A stretch of DNA of 63,952 nt, counting the filler, from Octopus bimaculoides (Eukaryota), in assembly GCF_001194135.2 (NCBI RefSeq). It is 8 parts of 8 records of this genome, joined end to end, with 100 filler letters (N's around TTAATTAATTAA, not from the genome) between each part and the next. Parts side by side here need not be neighbours in the genome. Positions count along the whole stretch, not along the records: positions 24,232 to 44,791 come from NC_068988.1; 7 more parts are not named here. One strand, given 5' to 3'. Positions 24,282-37,991 of this stretch are shown here, piece by piece. The notes beneath the pieces are model-generated. The model was not told where the DNA came from, searched no databases, and was given only the letters and a program-made list of their open reading frames with translations. Position 1 is the stretch's first letter. Every line of letters starts with the position of its first letter. Made by a program: the position numbers and the translations under genes.

Positions 24282-26640
24282 TAGGGCCCGGGAACAGGAG
24301 GTGCAGCGGGTGCACATGCGCGCTCTAGAATTTCCAGGGAGTGCAAGATCAAAATTTGCACCCCCTACATAATCTTACAAGTTTCAGAAAAAAGTTATTT
24401 GTCTAAAAAACCCTCATACATATTTTGCGCATGACGTGCGGTAGGTAGTTGTAGGATCGACTAGTCATGACTCGCTAACTCGGATGCACGTGTGCGCACA
24501 CCGCGACCACTCTTCTTGAAGAGTTTGCTTAACTTGTATAACTCCGAAATAAAGCATATTTTAACCTACAAAATATACTTCGCATTGTTGCACGTAGTGT
24601 TACTCGTTTAACATTAAAAGAATATATATCTGGAAATATGCACCACGCTACTTCTAATTGTTTTCGAATTCTAAGGTTTTTAAAAGAAATATTATTTAAG
24701 TTTTGTATTTGATAACGAGTAAGCTTTAATAAAATAATTAAAAACTATTAAGCAAAATTCTTCATTAATTCAATATTCATGTCCGGAAATTTTTCGTCAC
24801 ACAACTGAGACCTCTTCAGTGACTGTTGCTGCGCTCTTACTTCTATGCTTTCCAAATATGAAATTGTTAGATGATTTTTCTTTATTTTCAGCTGTGTACT
24901 ATGTTGAATCCACGAGAAGCAAAAGTGAGGAATGTTTCTGATTTTTTTCATTACTTCGTCATATCAAAAGAATTCAGGACCATTGGATATTGTGGAGGTG
25001 CAACTCAATGAACAAATTATTGATAAAGCTCTTCCAGTAAATCGCAATGTGCCATCGAAATATTGCACATCAACTGAACAATTTGTGCCAAGTAAAACAT
25101 TTGAATTTCCCTAGGATGCAAAAAAAACGTATATGCTGCTCAGATTGGTTTAAAGAGAACCCATGGCTTCATTATGATATTCAGTATGATGCTGTTATCT
25201 GCTGGTATTGTCTTGAAGGAGTTCAGGCTAACAGGATTCCATCTCCCAAGGAAACTGCCTTTTTGACTGGTGTAAGAAACTGGGGCAAAATTACAGCAAA
25301 AATTGCTGCACATAGCCGTCCTGGTCCCCATATAGACGCTATCCGCACTTTTCGGTCGAAGACAGGCGTACCTATGACTCTGAAGAGGTAGCCCAGCAAG
25401 CTTTAAAAATTATTTTCAAAGCAGTTAGATTTTGTGGTAAGCAAGGCCTAGCATTACAAGAGCATGACCACGATATGGGAAACTTTGTAAATCTCGTAAG
25501 GGAATTTGCTGAAGAATGCAGTGCAGAAGTAAGTCAGTGGTTTAAGCGGAGGGACAATTTCCTCTCTGATACAATTCAAAATGAAATTTTAGAGGCATAT
25601 GCTCATAACATTTTACATGAGATCAAAATCAAAGTAGAAAATTCCAGGTTTATTGGCATTATATGTGATGGTACCACTGATTGCTCTGGCATGGAACAAG
25701 TATCAATCACTGTCCAGTACGTTTCTGAAGACCTGAATGTCAATGAGGATTTTCTAGGTTTTTATAATCCCCCTGACTGCTCTTTGGAGACACTGACTAA
25801 GATTATTCTAGATGTTTTTTGTCGCCTAAACATTTCACTTGACTCAAAGTTATGCTGTTTTTCATTTGATGGTGCAAGTACCATGAGTGGAAACATTTCA
25901 GGTGTACAAATGCGATTGAAAAATTTGTTCCCAGGTACATATTTTGTACACTGTGGAAACCACTCTCTGAACCTTGTCCTCCATGAAGTTTATTCTAAGG
26001 TTACCTTTGTAGCTGATACACTAAACTTTGTTCATCAATGTGCCATTCTTGTAAAAGAGTCGCCAAAAAGAAAAGCACAATGGACAAATCTTTGTGGTGA
26101 GAATGTCATCATGTTGCAAGCAGTGTGTCTAACTCAGTGGTGCATTAGAGCAACAGCATTGAAACGAGCAGAAAACAATAAGAATATTCAAAATTTTTTG
26201 CTTGACCTTCTTAATGACTCCTTGTTAAGAGCAACAACAAAGGCTACTGTTAAAGGGCTGCTAAAACAATCTGGCAAAGCTTCCACTTTGTTCGGCATTA
26301 AAATTGCTGGGGAAAAACCACAGTGACACAGCACCGTCTCACACATTGTGCCATAATGCATGTACATAAAAAAATATACGATGAAAACACTTTGCACATC
26401 CTTATGAAACTTTTCATTAACAAAACGTGTGAGCGTAGGAAAACTTTGGAATATGTTGATACAATTTTCTTTATATGCGTGTGAATTATGGAGTAATGCA
26501 AAAACTCTGCTTACTTCCATTTTAACACTTCTCATAGCTTCATTATTTCTTTCTTGGTAAACTGACATTTGAATGTTCAGAGAAAACTTCAAAAGTAACT
26601 ATTAGTGACTTCTCTTGAAGATTAACAGAATTTAACCACT
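24282..26640 (+). mobile_element. hAT transposon remnant (TTF-type zinc finger + DUF4371, ZMYM-like)
   Basis: WFKENPWLHYD...VICWYC; GNFVNLV..SDTIQNEILE..FIGIICDGTTDCSGMEQ..FDGASTMSG..FVHCGNHSLNL; GC-rich left end tagggcccgg..ggtgcagcgggtgc. Confidence 0.9.
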
Positions 26641-26849
26641 ACGCCATATGCCCGTGGGCGTAGTGGTTAAGAGCGCGAGCTACTGGATACTGGATGGTTT
26701 CCGTGTTGAAGCTCCTANNNNNNNNNNGAGCTACTGGATACTGGATGGTTTCCGTGTTGAAGCTCCTAGGAGCTTGTTCACAGGTCCTTTTCCACTAGTA
26801 CAATTAATTTGTCGTGTGGTACAACATTTCGATAGTTGTAGCTAATAGT

Positions 26850-27920
26850 AACAGACAGGGTCAAATTTTGCAGGAAGCTCCCTGCAGTGTACGTCAAGCC
26901 TGTTCTTGAAGGCATTGACCGATGGAGCTGCGACCACATTGTTTGGCAGACTGTTCCAGGTGGTGGTTGCATGCTGTACGAAAATGCAGCTTCTAATGTT
27001 GAGCCTGCAGTGTGATATTTCCAATTTCAGGCCGTGTCCTCTTGTATTTCTGTTTTGGAAGTAGTTGAATTTGGGTTGCTCAGATACAGTCTGTGCATAT
27101 ACTTTTACCTGTTGATCTTATCCCCACCGAGATGGTGATGTTCGAGAGTAGGCAGGTTTAGTGCAGCCAAGTGCTCTAAGTATGGCTTTTCTTTCCAGGA
27201 TGCAATGAGTTTGGTGGCACGCCTCTGAACATCCAACTTGCAACACATTGCCTTATGCCGGAGTTACCAAACTGGGTGTCTATATTCAAGAATCGGGTGA
27301 GCTAGACACTTGTACAGCTGGACAAAGACAACAGGTCAAATGATCGTTGGATGACTCCAAGGATTCGATTTGCTTTTGCAGTTGCTTGATTTATGTGGTT
27401 CCTGAAGGTCAGCCCTTTGTTGATCAAGACACCAAAATGCCCCTCCACCTCACTTTCTGCTAGCTCCACCACAGTCTGTTCCCTCTGTGCATCCTCGTCT
27501 CTCGTGTTGTATTTCTTGTCTGTCTTTGGGTTCCCCTCTCTCAAGATGGAACACTTCTCAGGGTGGAACTGCATTTGCCAGTTCGTCAACCACTCGTGAA
27601 GGCGATTCAGGTCATCTTGCAGCATTGCCATGGTCACATCAATGTCATTCCTTGCGAAGATCTTCGTGTCGTCAGCAAATAACCTGATGTGGCTGTGGAC
27701 ATGCTGAGGCAGATCGTTTATATACATGAGAAACAGTACTGGGCCGATGAGACTGCCTTGTGGGATGCCACTTGTCACCTCTCCCCTCTCTGACTTCACG
27801 CTGTTGACACACTCATTGTGACTGGTGGCTCAAGAAGTCCTGGATCCACTGAAGGACATTTCCCTTCATACCATGAGCTTCTACTTTGGCTACATGCCTA
27901 CGATGTGGGGTGCTCTCATG
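26850..27920 (-). mobile_element. CR1-like LINE 3' fragment (RT)
   Basis: VTSGIPQGSLIGPVLFLMYINDL..LFADDTK; C-terminus WNSLP..VV.APSVNAFKNRLD. Confidence 0.9.
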
Positions 27921-28419
27921 TAATCCATGTACACATACACACACTAGTACATGTACGCACATATACCTCCAACACAAATAATGCACATAGACACGCACAA
28001 AATTACACACACATGGGCAAAAACACACACCATGCACACACGCATACACAAGCTCATATATTACATACACAATATATACATACATGCATACATAGACACA
28101 CACACACATGCTTATGAACGCACACATACCTAACACTCATAACCCCACTCATACATGTATACATCACACAACTACACGCACACATGCATACATGTGCAAA
28201 AAACGCACCTACATCCCCTACACAACCCATCGTTTACACAAACACGTATGCACACAAATACACATGTACACACATACATGCACACGCAAATGGACCCTCA
28301 CATACCTCCCATACACACAGCATGCACACAATTATACATACATGTGCGCACAGTAAAGTATAATTACTCCAGACAACCTCAGGCGCACACTAGAAACAAA
28401 ACACACACACACACACTAC

Positions 28420-28475
<56 letters not shown>

Positions 28476-28581
28476 AATAATAATATAGATTTAATCAAAA
28501 GATTAAATGTGGTACTTAAAATGTTTGAGGCACTAGAATTTGGTAGGATAAAAAACAAAATCAAGAGATTTGGTGAATAAA

Positions 28582-28807
28582 ATTTGAACTTAAGCAACAA
28601 AAATTCAATAGGTTATAGCAGTACGTACGTTTCGTACAAGCTCCATTTATTCATGTAGTGAGAACACTACAGAAAATTCCTTTATGCAGCTGAGAAGTAC
28701 ATTTTCATTGTATTTTCTGTAGTGTTCTCACTACATGAATAAATGGAGCTTGTACGAAATGTACGTACTGCTATAACCTATTGAATTTTTGTTGCTTAAC
28801 TTCAAAT
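28582..28807. mobile_element. Near-perfect inverted repeat (~96-bp arms) with a hammerhead-like motif
   Basis: 28582-28677 is the reverse complement of 28712-28807 with ~2 mismatches. Confidence 0.8.
28686..28771 (+). ncRNA. Type I hammerhead-like motif with a long stem II
   Basis: gcag CTGAGAA gtaca[49 nt, self-pairing]tgtac GAAA tgtacg TA ctgc; the left arm reads GAAA cgtacg TA (palindrome ACGTACGT). Core position 8 is A instead of G. Confidence 0.6.
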
Positions 28808-29145
28808 ATATATATATGCACACACACACATACTTCAAATTACCAGTACCTTTCTACTGACCATTCTCCTANNNNNNNNNNTACATTTTCATTGTATTTT
28901 CTGTAGTGTTCTCACTACATGAATAAATGGAGCTTGTACGAAATGTACGTACTGCTATAACCTATTGAATTTTTGTTGCTTAACTTCAAATATATATATA
29001 TGCACACACACACATACTTCAAATTACCAGTACCTTTCTACTGACCATTCTCCTATGCACATGTGTAGGTAGACACAACAGGTAGCCACTCCTACCAAAT
29101 TCTTACTATAAATTCTTCCTATGACCTTAACGATACTATGTCCAA

Positions 29146-29180
<35 letters not shown>

Positions 29181-29649
29181 AAACCTCCTTCTCTTGCACT
29201 CTCCTGTCTTTGAAAAGAACTTTTTCTCCACCCTTTCCCTTCTGGTCATTCCAATATGTGACCACGTGTGCATCGTTGGCTATTTTCTTTCTCCGTCTTC
29301 CCTTTGGACTTTTACTACATTTCTGACAAAGATCTCCGATCGAAACTTTAAATCCTCTTTTCTTTCCTTTCCTGAGTGTCCAATAACACTATACTTATTC
29401 CACGTCCTCTCGTTTTTTCGTTTTTTTCGTTTTTTTCCTTGTTCATGTTTAAATTGACTATATACCACATGCTCACATGAACCCCGGCTTTCTGAATGAT
29501 CTGGGAGATACCAATTCCTGGATATACCAGTTCCTTTGGAGATACCAGTTTCTGTTCTTTCGGATTACGCCACTCTATTCTTGATGGGATATCATCATAA
29601 TTCGTCCGTTACTCTTCCACTTTTTCTTGTCCTCCTTCTCCCTTTCTTC

Positions 29650-30850
29650 TTTCTACTTCCACTTTTCTCGTTTTGTCGCCAACTATAACACCTGCACCGA
29701 CACTCAAACCCTCTCACCATGCCTGACCTCCATTCCTTCCAACACCTTCAATCCCTTCTTTGCCATTTTCTTGCCTTTTTCCCCACCCAATGCTTGCAAC
29801 CTGCTTTTTAAAAAAATTCGCCACTGTAGTCATCTCTTTTCTTAGCCGTTGCCTCCACCATCACGTCACACCCCGTGGCTTCCTTTTGAAGTTCTATTCC
29901 TCCCCCCCCTCATCGAGCCCATCCTCGCGCGCACTTCCCGCCTCCTCATCCGTGCCACCATCTGTTCCACCCACTCCCTCCTTCACTCTCTTGACCACCA
30001 ACTTCCCCCAAGCTTACCTCCTCTTCTTCCTCTGCCCTCCATTCTTCACCCAAACCATTACACACGAAAAAAAAAAACNNNNNNNNNNNNNNNNNNNNNN
30101 NNNNNNNNNNNNNNNNNNNNNNNNNNNNNNNNNNNNNNNNNNNNNNNNNNNNNNNNNNNNNNNNNNNNNNNNNNNNNNNNNNNNNNNNNNNNNNNNNNNN
30201 NNNNNNNNNNNNNNNNNNNNNNNNNNNNNNNNNNNNNNNNNNNNNNNNNNNNNNNNNNNNNNNNNNNNNNNNNNNNNNNNNNNNNNNNNNNNNNNNNNNN
30301 NNNNNNNNNNNNNNNNNNNNNNNNNNNNNNNNNNNNNNNNNNNNNNNNNNNNNNNNNNNNNNNNNNNNNNNNNNNNNNNNNNNNNNNNNNNNNNNNNNNN
30401 NNNNNNNNNNNNNNNNNNNNNNNNNNNNNNNNNNNNNNNNNNNNNNNNNNNNNNNNNNNNNNNNNNNNNNNNNNNNNNNNNNNNNNNNNNNNNNNCACCC
30501 TTCCCACCACTATCCTGTCTCCACACAACCATTCCCGCCCTCCTGACCCCACTCACCCCACCACTCTACTTCCACGCACTGTTGTCACTATACCACCCAA
30601 TCTCCCCCTCACCGCTGCTGAGCGCTCACTCCTTGGTAGGGGACTCTGCTTCACGCCCCACTGTGACAAATTTGAGACCCACACCGATGTCTGCCAGTTC
30701 CTGCGCCGCATCAAACTATGTGCGTTTTTCCATACGTCTACACAATGTCACGACGATCGGAATTGCTTTTCGGAGCTGGGGCACTGCCCATCCAACTGGA
30801 CACTGCCTCCAGGCCAATTCAGTAGTCTAGATTTGTTCGTGCACAACAGC
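29650..30850 (+). pseudogene. Penelope-like element ORF N-terminal remnant
   Basis: VVTIPPNLPLTAAERSLLGRGLCFTP..QFLRRIKLCAFFH..WTLPPGQFSSLDLFV. Confidence 0.75.
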
Positions 30851-31871
30851 AATGCGTTGGTTGACCGATTCAATTTTAAAAATAGATTCCTACAGTGCCT
30901 TTCAAAGTGTAATATCCCTCATTAAAATTGATTTAATCTTTATCCGTTTGTATTGTTTTTCTTTTTGTTTGCATCGTATACATGCCTCATTATGGGTTAG
31001 GTTAGGGTTAGAGCTATGGTTTAGAATTAGGGTAAGATAGCGTGCTAAAGTGTAACTGGCCACATATACTGTATGCTAAAGTGGCACTAAAGATTAATTG
31101 AAGCAGATTACCTTTCAGAAATTAAGTCATGAAAGGGATAGCAGTGTCAACACACTTCACATTTCTATGTTTCTGAGGGCAATAAAATAAAATACTAGAT
31201 AAGTAAGTACTGGGTCAATATAGTTGACTAATTGTACCCTCCTATAAAATTTTTTGTTTTGTACCTTTGTTAGAAATTCATGTTAGTACTATTATATAGT
31301 GCAAGCAAGAGAAAAAAATGTTCACAGAACATCTGCAGGCTNNNNNNNNNNNNNNNNNNNNNNNNNNNNNNNNNNNNNNNNNNNNNNNNNNNNNNNNNNN
31401 NNNNNNNNNNNNNNNNNNNNNNNNNNNNNNNNNNNNNNNNNNNNNNNNNNNNNNNNNNNNNNNNNNNNNNNNNNNNNNNNNNNNNNNNNNNNNNNNNNNN
31501 NNNNNNNNNNNNNNNNNNNNNNNNNNNNNNNNNNNNNNNNNNNNNNNNNNNNNNNNNNNNNNNNNNNNNNNNNNNNNNNNNNNNNNNNNNNNNNNNNNNN
31601 NNNNNNNNNNNNNNNNNNNNNNNNNNNNNNNNNNNNNNNNNNNNNNNNNNNNNNNNNNNNNNNNNNNNNNNNNNNNNNNNNNNNNNNNNNNNNNNNNNNN
31701 NNNNNNNNNNNNNNNNNNNNNNNNNNNNNNNNNNNNNNNNNNNNNNNNNNNNNNNNNNNNNNNNNNNNNNNNNNNNNNNNNNNNNNNNNNNNNNNNNNNN
31801 NNNNNNNNNNNNNNNNNNNNNNNNNNNNNNNNNNNNNNNNNNNNNNNNNNNNNNNNNNNNNNNNNNNNNNN

Positions 31872-32359
31872 GTTTCCTCAGAAAAATTGTTAATAAAAAT
31901 ATTTTTAAAATCTTTTTCTGGTGTAAAATCATCCTCACTGTCGCCGTCGCTGCTTTCAGAATCACTGCTTTCAGTTTCGGATACAGAAATATCCGATCCA
32001 TTATCGTTCACCACGTGCTTTTGTAGCTCATTCATTCTTTTCTTCAATATCTCCATATCTTCTGTTGAAAAACCTTCAAATTCGGAATCATTGCTTGATA
32101 GCATGAAACTCCTCTCCATCTTCAAAGTTGAAAAAAATTAACGCCGCAAAAAATGTGGTAAAAAATCTTCCAAAATTTACTGAGTTCAAATATCACGCCA
32201 AACAATGTGGGAGAAAATAACTCAACTGTTTGCAAAGTGAAATCAGGTGTTTTAACGAATGTACTAACGAGATTTGGGTTCAAATATACATTTAAATACG
32301 CTTGGCCGGGTTTGTCTTATGAACCAAAAAATTTTTCAGCCTGGTTAGTAACGAAAGGG
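31872..32359 (-). mobile_element. piggyBac-like element 5' end with acidic transposase N-terminus
   Basis: Minus terminus (A)TAA-CCCTTTCGTTACT; ORF SSNDSEFEGF..SDISVSETESSDSE. Confidence 0.5.
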
Positions 32360-33089
32360 TTATTGTGAATGTAGATGTTTTTTATCAACTTCTGTAAATT
32401 AATGTCTGAAGAAAAAGTGATTCCTTGTAGAGGTTGCCATTCTGGAGAGAAATGATTGGATAAAATATTTAGTACAAGGTTTGAGCTGTGAGACCTGTTA
32501 AAGATGATGATGTGGGTTCAGTTTGATATAGTATACAGCTTACTAATTCACAGGAATAGCCGAGGCTGTTTTTTTGTTTTTTTTATACAATTTGACTGGA
32601 CAAAGGGGCTGTATACTTGGCTCTTGCATTCCTTCTGAGGCGAAGGGCAAGAGCTACGGCTATGGTCTTTGCAGGCTACTCAAAACTGGTAAGATTGGCA
32701 CAGTTGGTCTTCAATAATATGATGTTGATGGCTGCAGAAGAAAAAACACGGGCAAAGGAATTTCATAAGGCTGACAATCTGGTAAGAAAGGATTTAATGC
32801 TTGGTTTACAGGTGAAATACAGCCTCCATGAGCTTCAAACCTCTCATTGCCAAATGCTGTAACGTGGTTTATATCTGATATAGTAGTACCACCACTATTG
32901 GGATAATGGCCTACGATACACAGTACCAGTGTGATACAATAAGATAATGCAGCAACAACAAGAACATAACAATCCCACAATTTCTCACGAACCAACAATA
33001 AATATTCCAAAAGAACAAACCAACCAACACTTTCCAACTTCACTATGAAATAGTACAAACTTCTACGAACCATATATACTCTCTCAGGC

Positions 33090-33450
33090 TGGAAATATGC
33101 TGTGCATGAGAAGACCCGGCAAGCCAAGTGAGACCATAACCTGTGGCCTTTGCCAGGGGTGTAACCAACCCACTTATGCGTACCTTTCCTTCATTGGACA
33201 CTAAACTTTGCTTGCGAAGACCTGTTGAGGCAAGTGAAATCGAAATTGGACCAAATTCGATGACTGGCACTCGATCCAGTGGAGCGCTAACAGCACCATC
33301 CGAGCATGATCATTGCCAGAGCAGCTTTTTGGATTCCGTGCCAGGGCACGTAAATAGCACCGTTTGAGCGTGATCGTTTCCAGCTTCGCCTTAGTGGCAC
33401 ATGAGAAAACATTCGAGTGAGGTCGTTGCCAGTGTTGCTGGACTGGCTAC
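33090..33450 (-). repeat. Interspersed retroelement-derived repeat (unclassified)
   Basis: GC-richer non-coding block in AT-rich flanks; classification not supported further. Confidence 0.35.
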
Positions 33451-33789
33451 ATCCTGTCTATCTTTATTTTCTTGTCTCCACAGTCCCTCTTTCTTCGTAC
33501 TTTATCTCCCCCAACCTTCTCTACTCCTCTGTTGGTCTCCCTCTCCCTTCACTTTTTGGTACCACATGATCATCCAATATTTTTAACGCCTGTCCTTTTT
33601 CTCCTTAAAGTTGCCTAGCTAAGACTCTTTTCTTTCCTTATATCCTATTTCTATCCTTATTTCTCTCCTTCTTCCTTTGAAACACAAGCACCACGATTTT
33701 TCCTTTTTTTGTTACTTTTGATCATGGAATGTCCCATATTTCGAAATACTTGCTATTTATATTTTTACTGCTTACGTTTGCTTCACTTG

Positions 33790-35085
33790 GTATATCTCTG
33801 AAATAAAGCATATTTTAACATACAAAATATGCTTCACGTTATTGCACATACTATACGTTACTCGTTTAACTCAAATCAAAAATATGGAAATGTACATCAT
33901 GCTACTTTTAGTTGTTATTGAGATATGATGAGTTTTAAAGTTTTTAAATGAAAAATTATTGAATTTTTGTATCTGATAACAAGTAAGTTTTAATAAATCA
34001 ATCAAAAACAATTGAGAATAGCCCTGCTTTTCAAATATGAAATTAATCTACTTGTAGTTTTTGACACTTTTCCTTTATTTCAGCTGTATGTACTATATGT
34101 CAAATCCATGAGAAGCAAAAGTGAGGAAAATTTCAGATTTCTTCATTACTTTGTCATATCAAAAGAATTCAGGACCATCGGAGATTGTAGAGGTGCAACC
34201 CAATGAAGAAATTGATAAGTTCTTCCAATATATCGAAATGTGCCATCAAAAGTTTGCTCATCAGCAAAACAATTTGTGTCAAAGCAAACATTCAAATTTT
34301 TCAATGCTGCAAAAAACTGTACCTGCCACTCTGATTCTGTCAAGGAAAACCCATGGCTTCATTATGATATTCAGCGTGCTGTTATCTGTGGGTATTGTCT
34401 TGAAGAATTTTGGACTAACAGAATTCCAACTCCTAAAGAACTGCTTTCTTGACTGGTGAAAGAAACTGGGGCAAAATTACAGCAAAAATTGTTGCACACT
34501 CCCATTCAAGTCACCACATAAACGCTATCTGCACTTTTCAGCCAAAGGCAGACCTATCTGTGACTCTGAATAAGCAGCTAGTTCAGCAACAAGAAGTAGC
34601 CTGGCAAGCTTTGAAAATTATTTTCAAAGCAGTTGGATTCAAGGGTGTGACCGCTATACAGGAAACTTCGTAAATCTCATAAGAACTTGCCAAAGAATGC
34701 AGTGCAGAAGTAAGTCAGTGGCTTGAATGTCAGGACAATTTCCTATCTGATACTATTCAAAATGAAATCTTAAAGGCATATGCTCATAACATCTTACATG
34801 AGATCGAAAGTAAAGTTGAAAATACCATATTTATTGGCATTGTCTGTGATGGTACCACTTATTGCTCTGGCATGTAACTGGTATCAATCACTGTCCAGTA
34901 TGTTTCTAAAGACATAAATGTCCATGAGGATTTTCTAGGTTTTTATAATCCTCCTGACTACTCTTTGGAGACACTAAGATTATTATAGATGTTTTTTGCT
35001 GCCTAAGTAAACTGACATTTGAATGTTCAGAGGAAACTTCAAAAGTAACTATTAGTGACTTCTCTTGAGAATTGACAAAATTTAT
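33790..35085 (+). mobile_element. Second, more decayed and internally deleted copy of the hAT element
   Basis: Colinear with 24545-25825, then jumps to the 26560-26635 segment. Confidence 0.85.
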
Positions 35086-35089
35086 CATA

Positions 35090-35410
35090 ATGCCGTTATC
35101 AATTACTTGCAGTAAATGGATTTAGCCCCCAAGGGCATGCTGATACATTAGAGAATGATGCTCCAGATTTATCAACAGTGCAAACGTGAGTAACGGAATT
35201 TAGCAGAGGAAGAGATAATTTTGAGAAGACCAATGGTCTGGACGTTCTGTAACTGCTGCCACTGAAGAAAAAAAACATGGATGTGTTCACCACATAGTGA
35301 CAAGTGACAGACGATTGACTATAAATCAAAATGCCAATGTTATTAGCATATCACGTGTGAGAGCTGAGAATATTCTGCACAAGGAATTTGGCATGATGAA
35401 AGTTTTTGTT
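35090..35410 (+). mobile_element. Mariner transposase N-terminal remnant
   Basis: APDLSTVQT.VTEFSRGR..SGRSVTAAT..IVTSDRRLTI..ENILHKEFGMMKV. Confidence 0.75.
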
Positions 35411-36399
35411 TGGTGTAAACCTGTGTATGTGATACTAGTCAACTTGAGTATTCTCAGTTGATTCACTTCTGTAGGTAAATAGCCCAAACGCTTTAACCTC
35501 ATGGCTCTTGTGCTTTAACACTAATGTTTATGTCTTGGTTCTTTTTTTACTTGTAGGTAAACTCTACAAAAGCAAAGTATGTTTCATTAAGCACATATGT
35601 GAACTAGTGGCATCTAATTTGATTCTTCATTTTATTTTTGCAATTTATTTCAAGTGTTTTTTCTTTTTGTATGTGAGATCGGAAGAGNNNNNNNNNNNNN
35701 NNNNNNNNNNNNNNNNNNNNNNNNNNNNNNNNNNNNNNNNNNNNNNNNNNNNNNNNNNNNNNNNNNNNNNNNNNNNNNNNNNNNNNNNNNNNNNNNNNNN
35801 NNNNNNNNNNNNNNNNNNNNNNNNNNNNNNNNNNNNNNNNNNNNNNNNNNNNNNNNNNNNNNNNNNNNNNNNNNNNNNNNNNNNNNNNNNNNNNNNNNNN
35901 NNNNNNNNNNNNNNNNNNNNNNNNNNNNNNNNNNNNNNNNNNNNNNNNNNNNNNNNNNNNNNNNNNNNNNNNNNNNNNNNNNNNNNNNNNNNNNNNNNNN
36001 NNNNNNNNNNNNNNNNNNNNNNNNNNNNNNNNNNNNNNNNNNNNNNNNNNNNNNNNNNNNNNNNNNNNNNNNNNNNNNNNNNNNNNNNNNNNNNNNNNNN
36101 NNNNNNNNNNNNNNNNNNNNNNNNNNNNNNNNNNNNNNNNNNNNNNNNNNNNNNNNNNNNNNNNNNNNNNNNNNNNNNNNNNNNNNNNNNNNNNNNNNNN
36201 NNNNNNNNNNNNNNNNNNNNNNNNNNNNNNNNNNNNNNNNNNNNNNNNNNNNNNNNNNNNNNNNNNNNNNNNNNNNNNNNNNNNNNNNNNNNNNNNNNNN
36301 NNNNNNNNNNNNNNNNNNNNNNAAATACCGGTGGTAATATATTAGTCAATTCATTTGGCTATGCTATGTTAACTTTTTTTTCATGAGTAGATAGTTTCT

Positions 36400-36605
36400 G
36401 ATCAGGATTCCCACCTAAGTTGGAATTTCTGTTTTGATGGGGATTTTTCAGATTTTTTTTTTCCTTCTTGACAACACACTTGGAAATGATCTTTTGAGCA
36501 AAAAGAAGAAATGTCCCTCATCATTTCCAAGAGTTTTGTTTAAAAACAAATCTGAAAAATACTCGTCAAAACGGAGAAATTCCAACTTACATAGGTATCC
36601 TGATC
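36400..36605. repeat. Degenerate ~200-bp foldback (MITE-like)
   Basis: gatcaggat..aagttggaatttct..atttttcagattt..cttggaaatgat pairs with its reverse complement at 36520-36605. Confidence 0.6.
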
Positions 36606-37991
36606 CAAAACTCCATCCCCAAGTTTCATTAACACCAAGACAATCATAAACCACTAAAACTACATCATTACACTTTTACCTGTACCATGAAAACTACACC
36701 ATCACTGCAATCAAAACTATATACTATCGCTACATTATGATCTTCATGAATGAAGACTTCTATGAAGAGATGTTGTAGGTGACATGTATATAAAATTAGT
36801 TGGAGAAAATGAAAATGTTGAAATATGTTAAACATGTTTTTTATGAAAGGCTGTGAAATTTTATTTATTAATTATTTTTTTTTTTTGTGCTTCTTTCTAC
36901 ATTCCCTCCAATTTGCTACTATAGTTTAATGTCAATAACCCTTATTTTCCAAAAGTGTTATTTGCAATTTGAGGTTATATTTTGGTTGGTATTTTTCTGG
37001 AAGGTTGAGCAACTACAGTTTTTTTTTTCTCCTTCTTTCCACAAGGATAATTTCTTGAAGGTATACAAACCTCTACATTTGCACTTGATTTACATAAATA
37101 CAAAACACATCTTTCTCGTGTCCACCTCTACACTACATCATCGTCGTTTGGCAGCTATGAAAATGATTTTAGTGAATTCCCTGTATTTTCTAGGTTCTAT
37201 ATATGTGAATATGCATACTTGTGTGTGTTTGTGTACAATTGTTTAAATAAGAGCTTGTCTTAAGATTTTTCAGAAATCTTCATTGCTTCTATCTTTTACT
37301 TGTTTCACTCATTAGACTGCAGCCTTACTTGGGCACTGTCTTAAATTTTTAGTCAAATGAATTGACCCGAGACTTTTTATCTTTTGTGAAGAAGTGGTAC
37401 TTATTCTGTTGATCTCTTTTGCCGAACTACTAAGTCACAGGTGCACAAACACACCAGCACAAGGTTGTCAAGTGGTGGTTAGGGGGACAAACACACACAT
37501 ACACATATGAGTTTCTTTTAGTTTCCGTCTACCAAATCCACTCACAAGACTTTGGTCGGCCTGAGGCTATAGTAGTAGACACTTGCCTAAGGTGTCTGGA
37601 CCATGTAGTTAGGAAGGAAGCTTCTTACCACTCAGCCACATTTTGTTTTAATGTTATTTCATTCTATGAACATTCTATTAGGCTGTGAGGTTAAAAAGCT
37701 CTCTTGACAACCATATAGTTCCATGTTCAATCCCACTATGTTTTACCTTGGCCAAATGTCATTGCTTCAGCTCAACATCTTGTGACTGAAAGATGGTAAA
37801 TAGCATGTTAAAAAGAATTAATAAAATTAGTATAAGACGATGAGGACAAATATCCGTCAAATGTAAATAGTGTACGACTCCTATAGGGCTTTCCGATAAG
37901 TATGTTATCTCCCTTCGCTAGGCGGCACTCCATGTAGACAGTTAAACTTCCGCAGACTAGCCACACTATTGTTATTATTTCATGTTTTATC

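Noticed and set aside
28882-29055. Apparent tandem second copy of the hammerhead arm after a 10-N gap
   Set aside because: It duplicates 28698-28871 including unrelated flank across a tiny gap, the same pattern as 26678-26765. Most likely an unmerged contig overlap, although a true tandem pLTR cannot be fully excluded
32600-32862. Plus-strand ORF with two ctg|gtaaga donor-like sites
   Set aside because: No convincing acceptor or recognisable product; stops in the alternative frames
36475-36535. Hammerhead-like reading on the minus strand (cttggaa ATGATGA..AAAA gatc AT ttccaag)
   Set aside because: Needs three core changes, and the ATGAT and stem I come simply from the foldback symmetry
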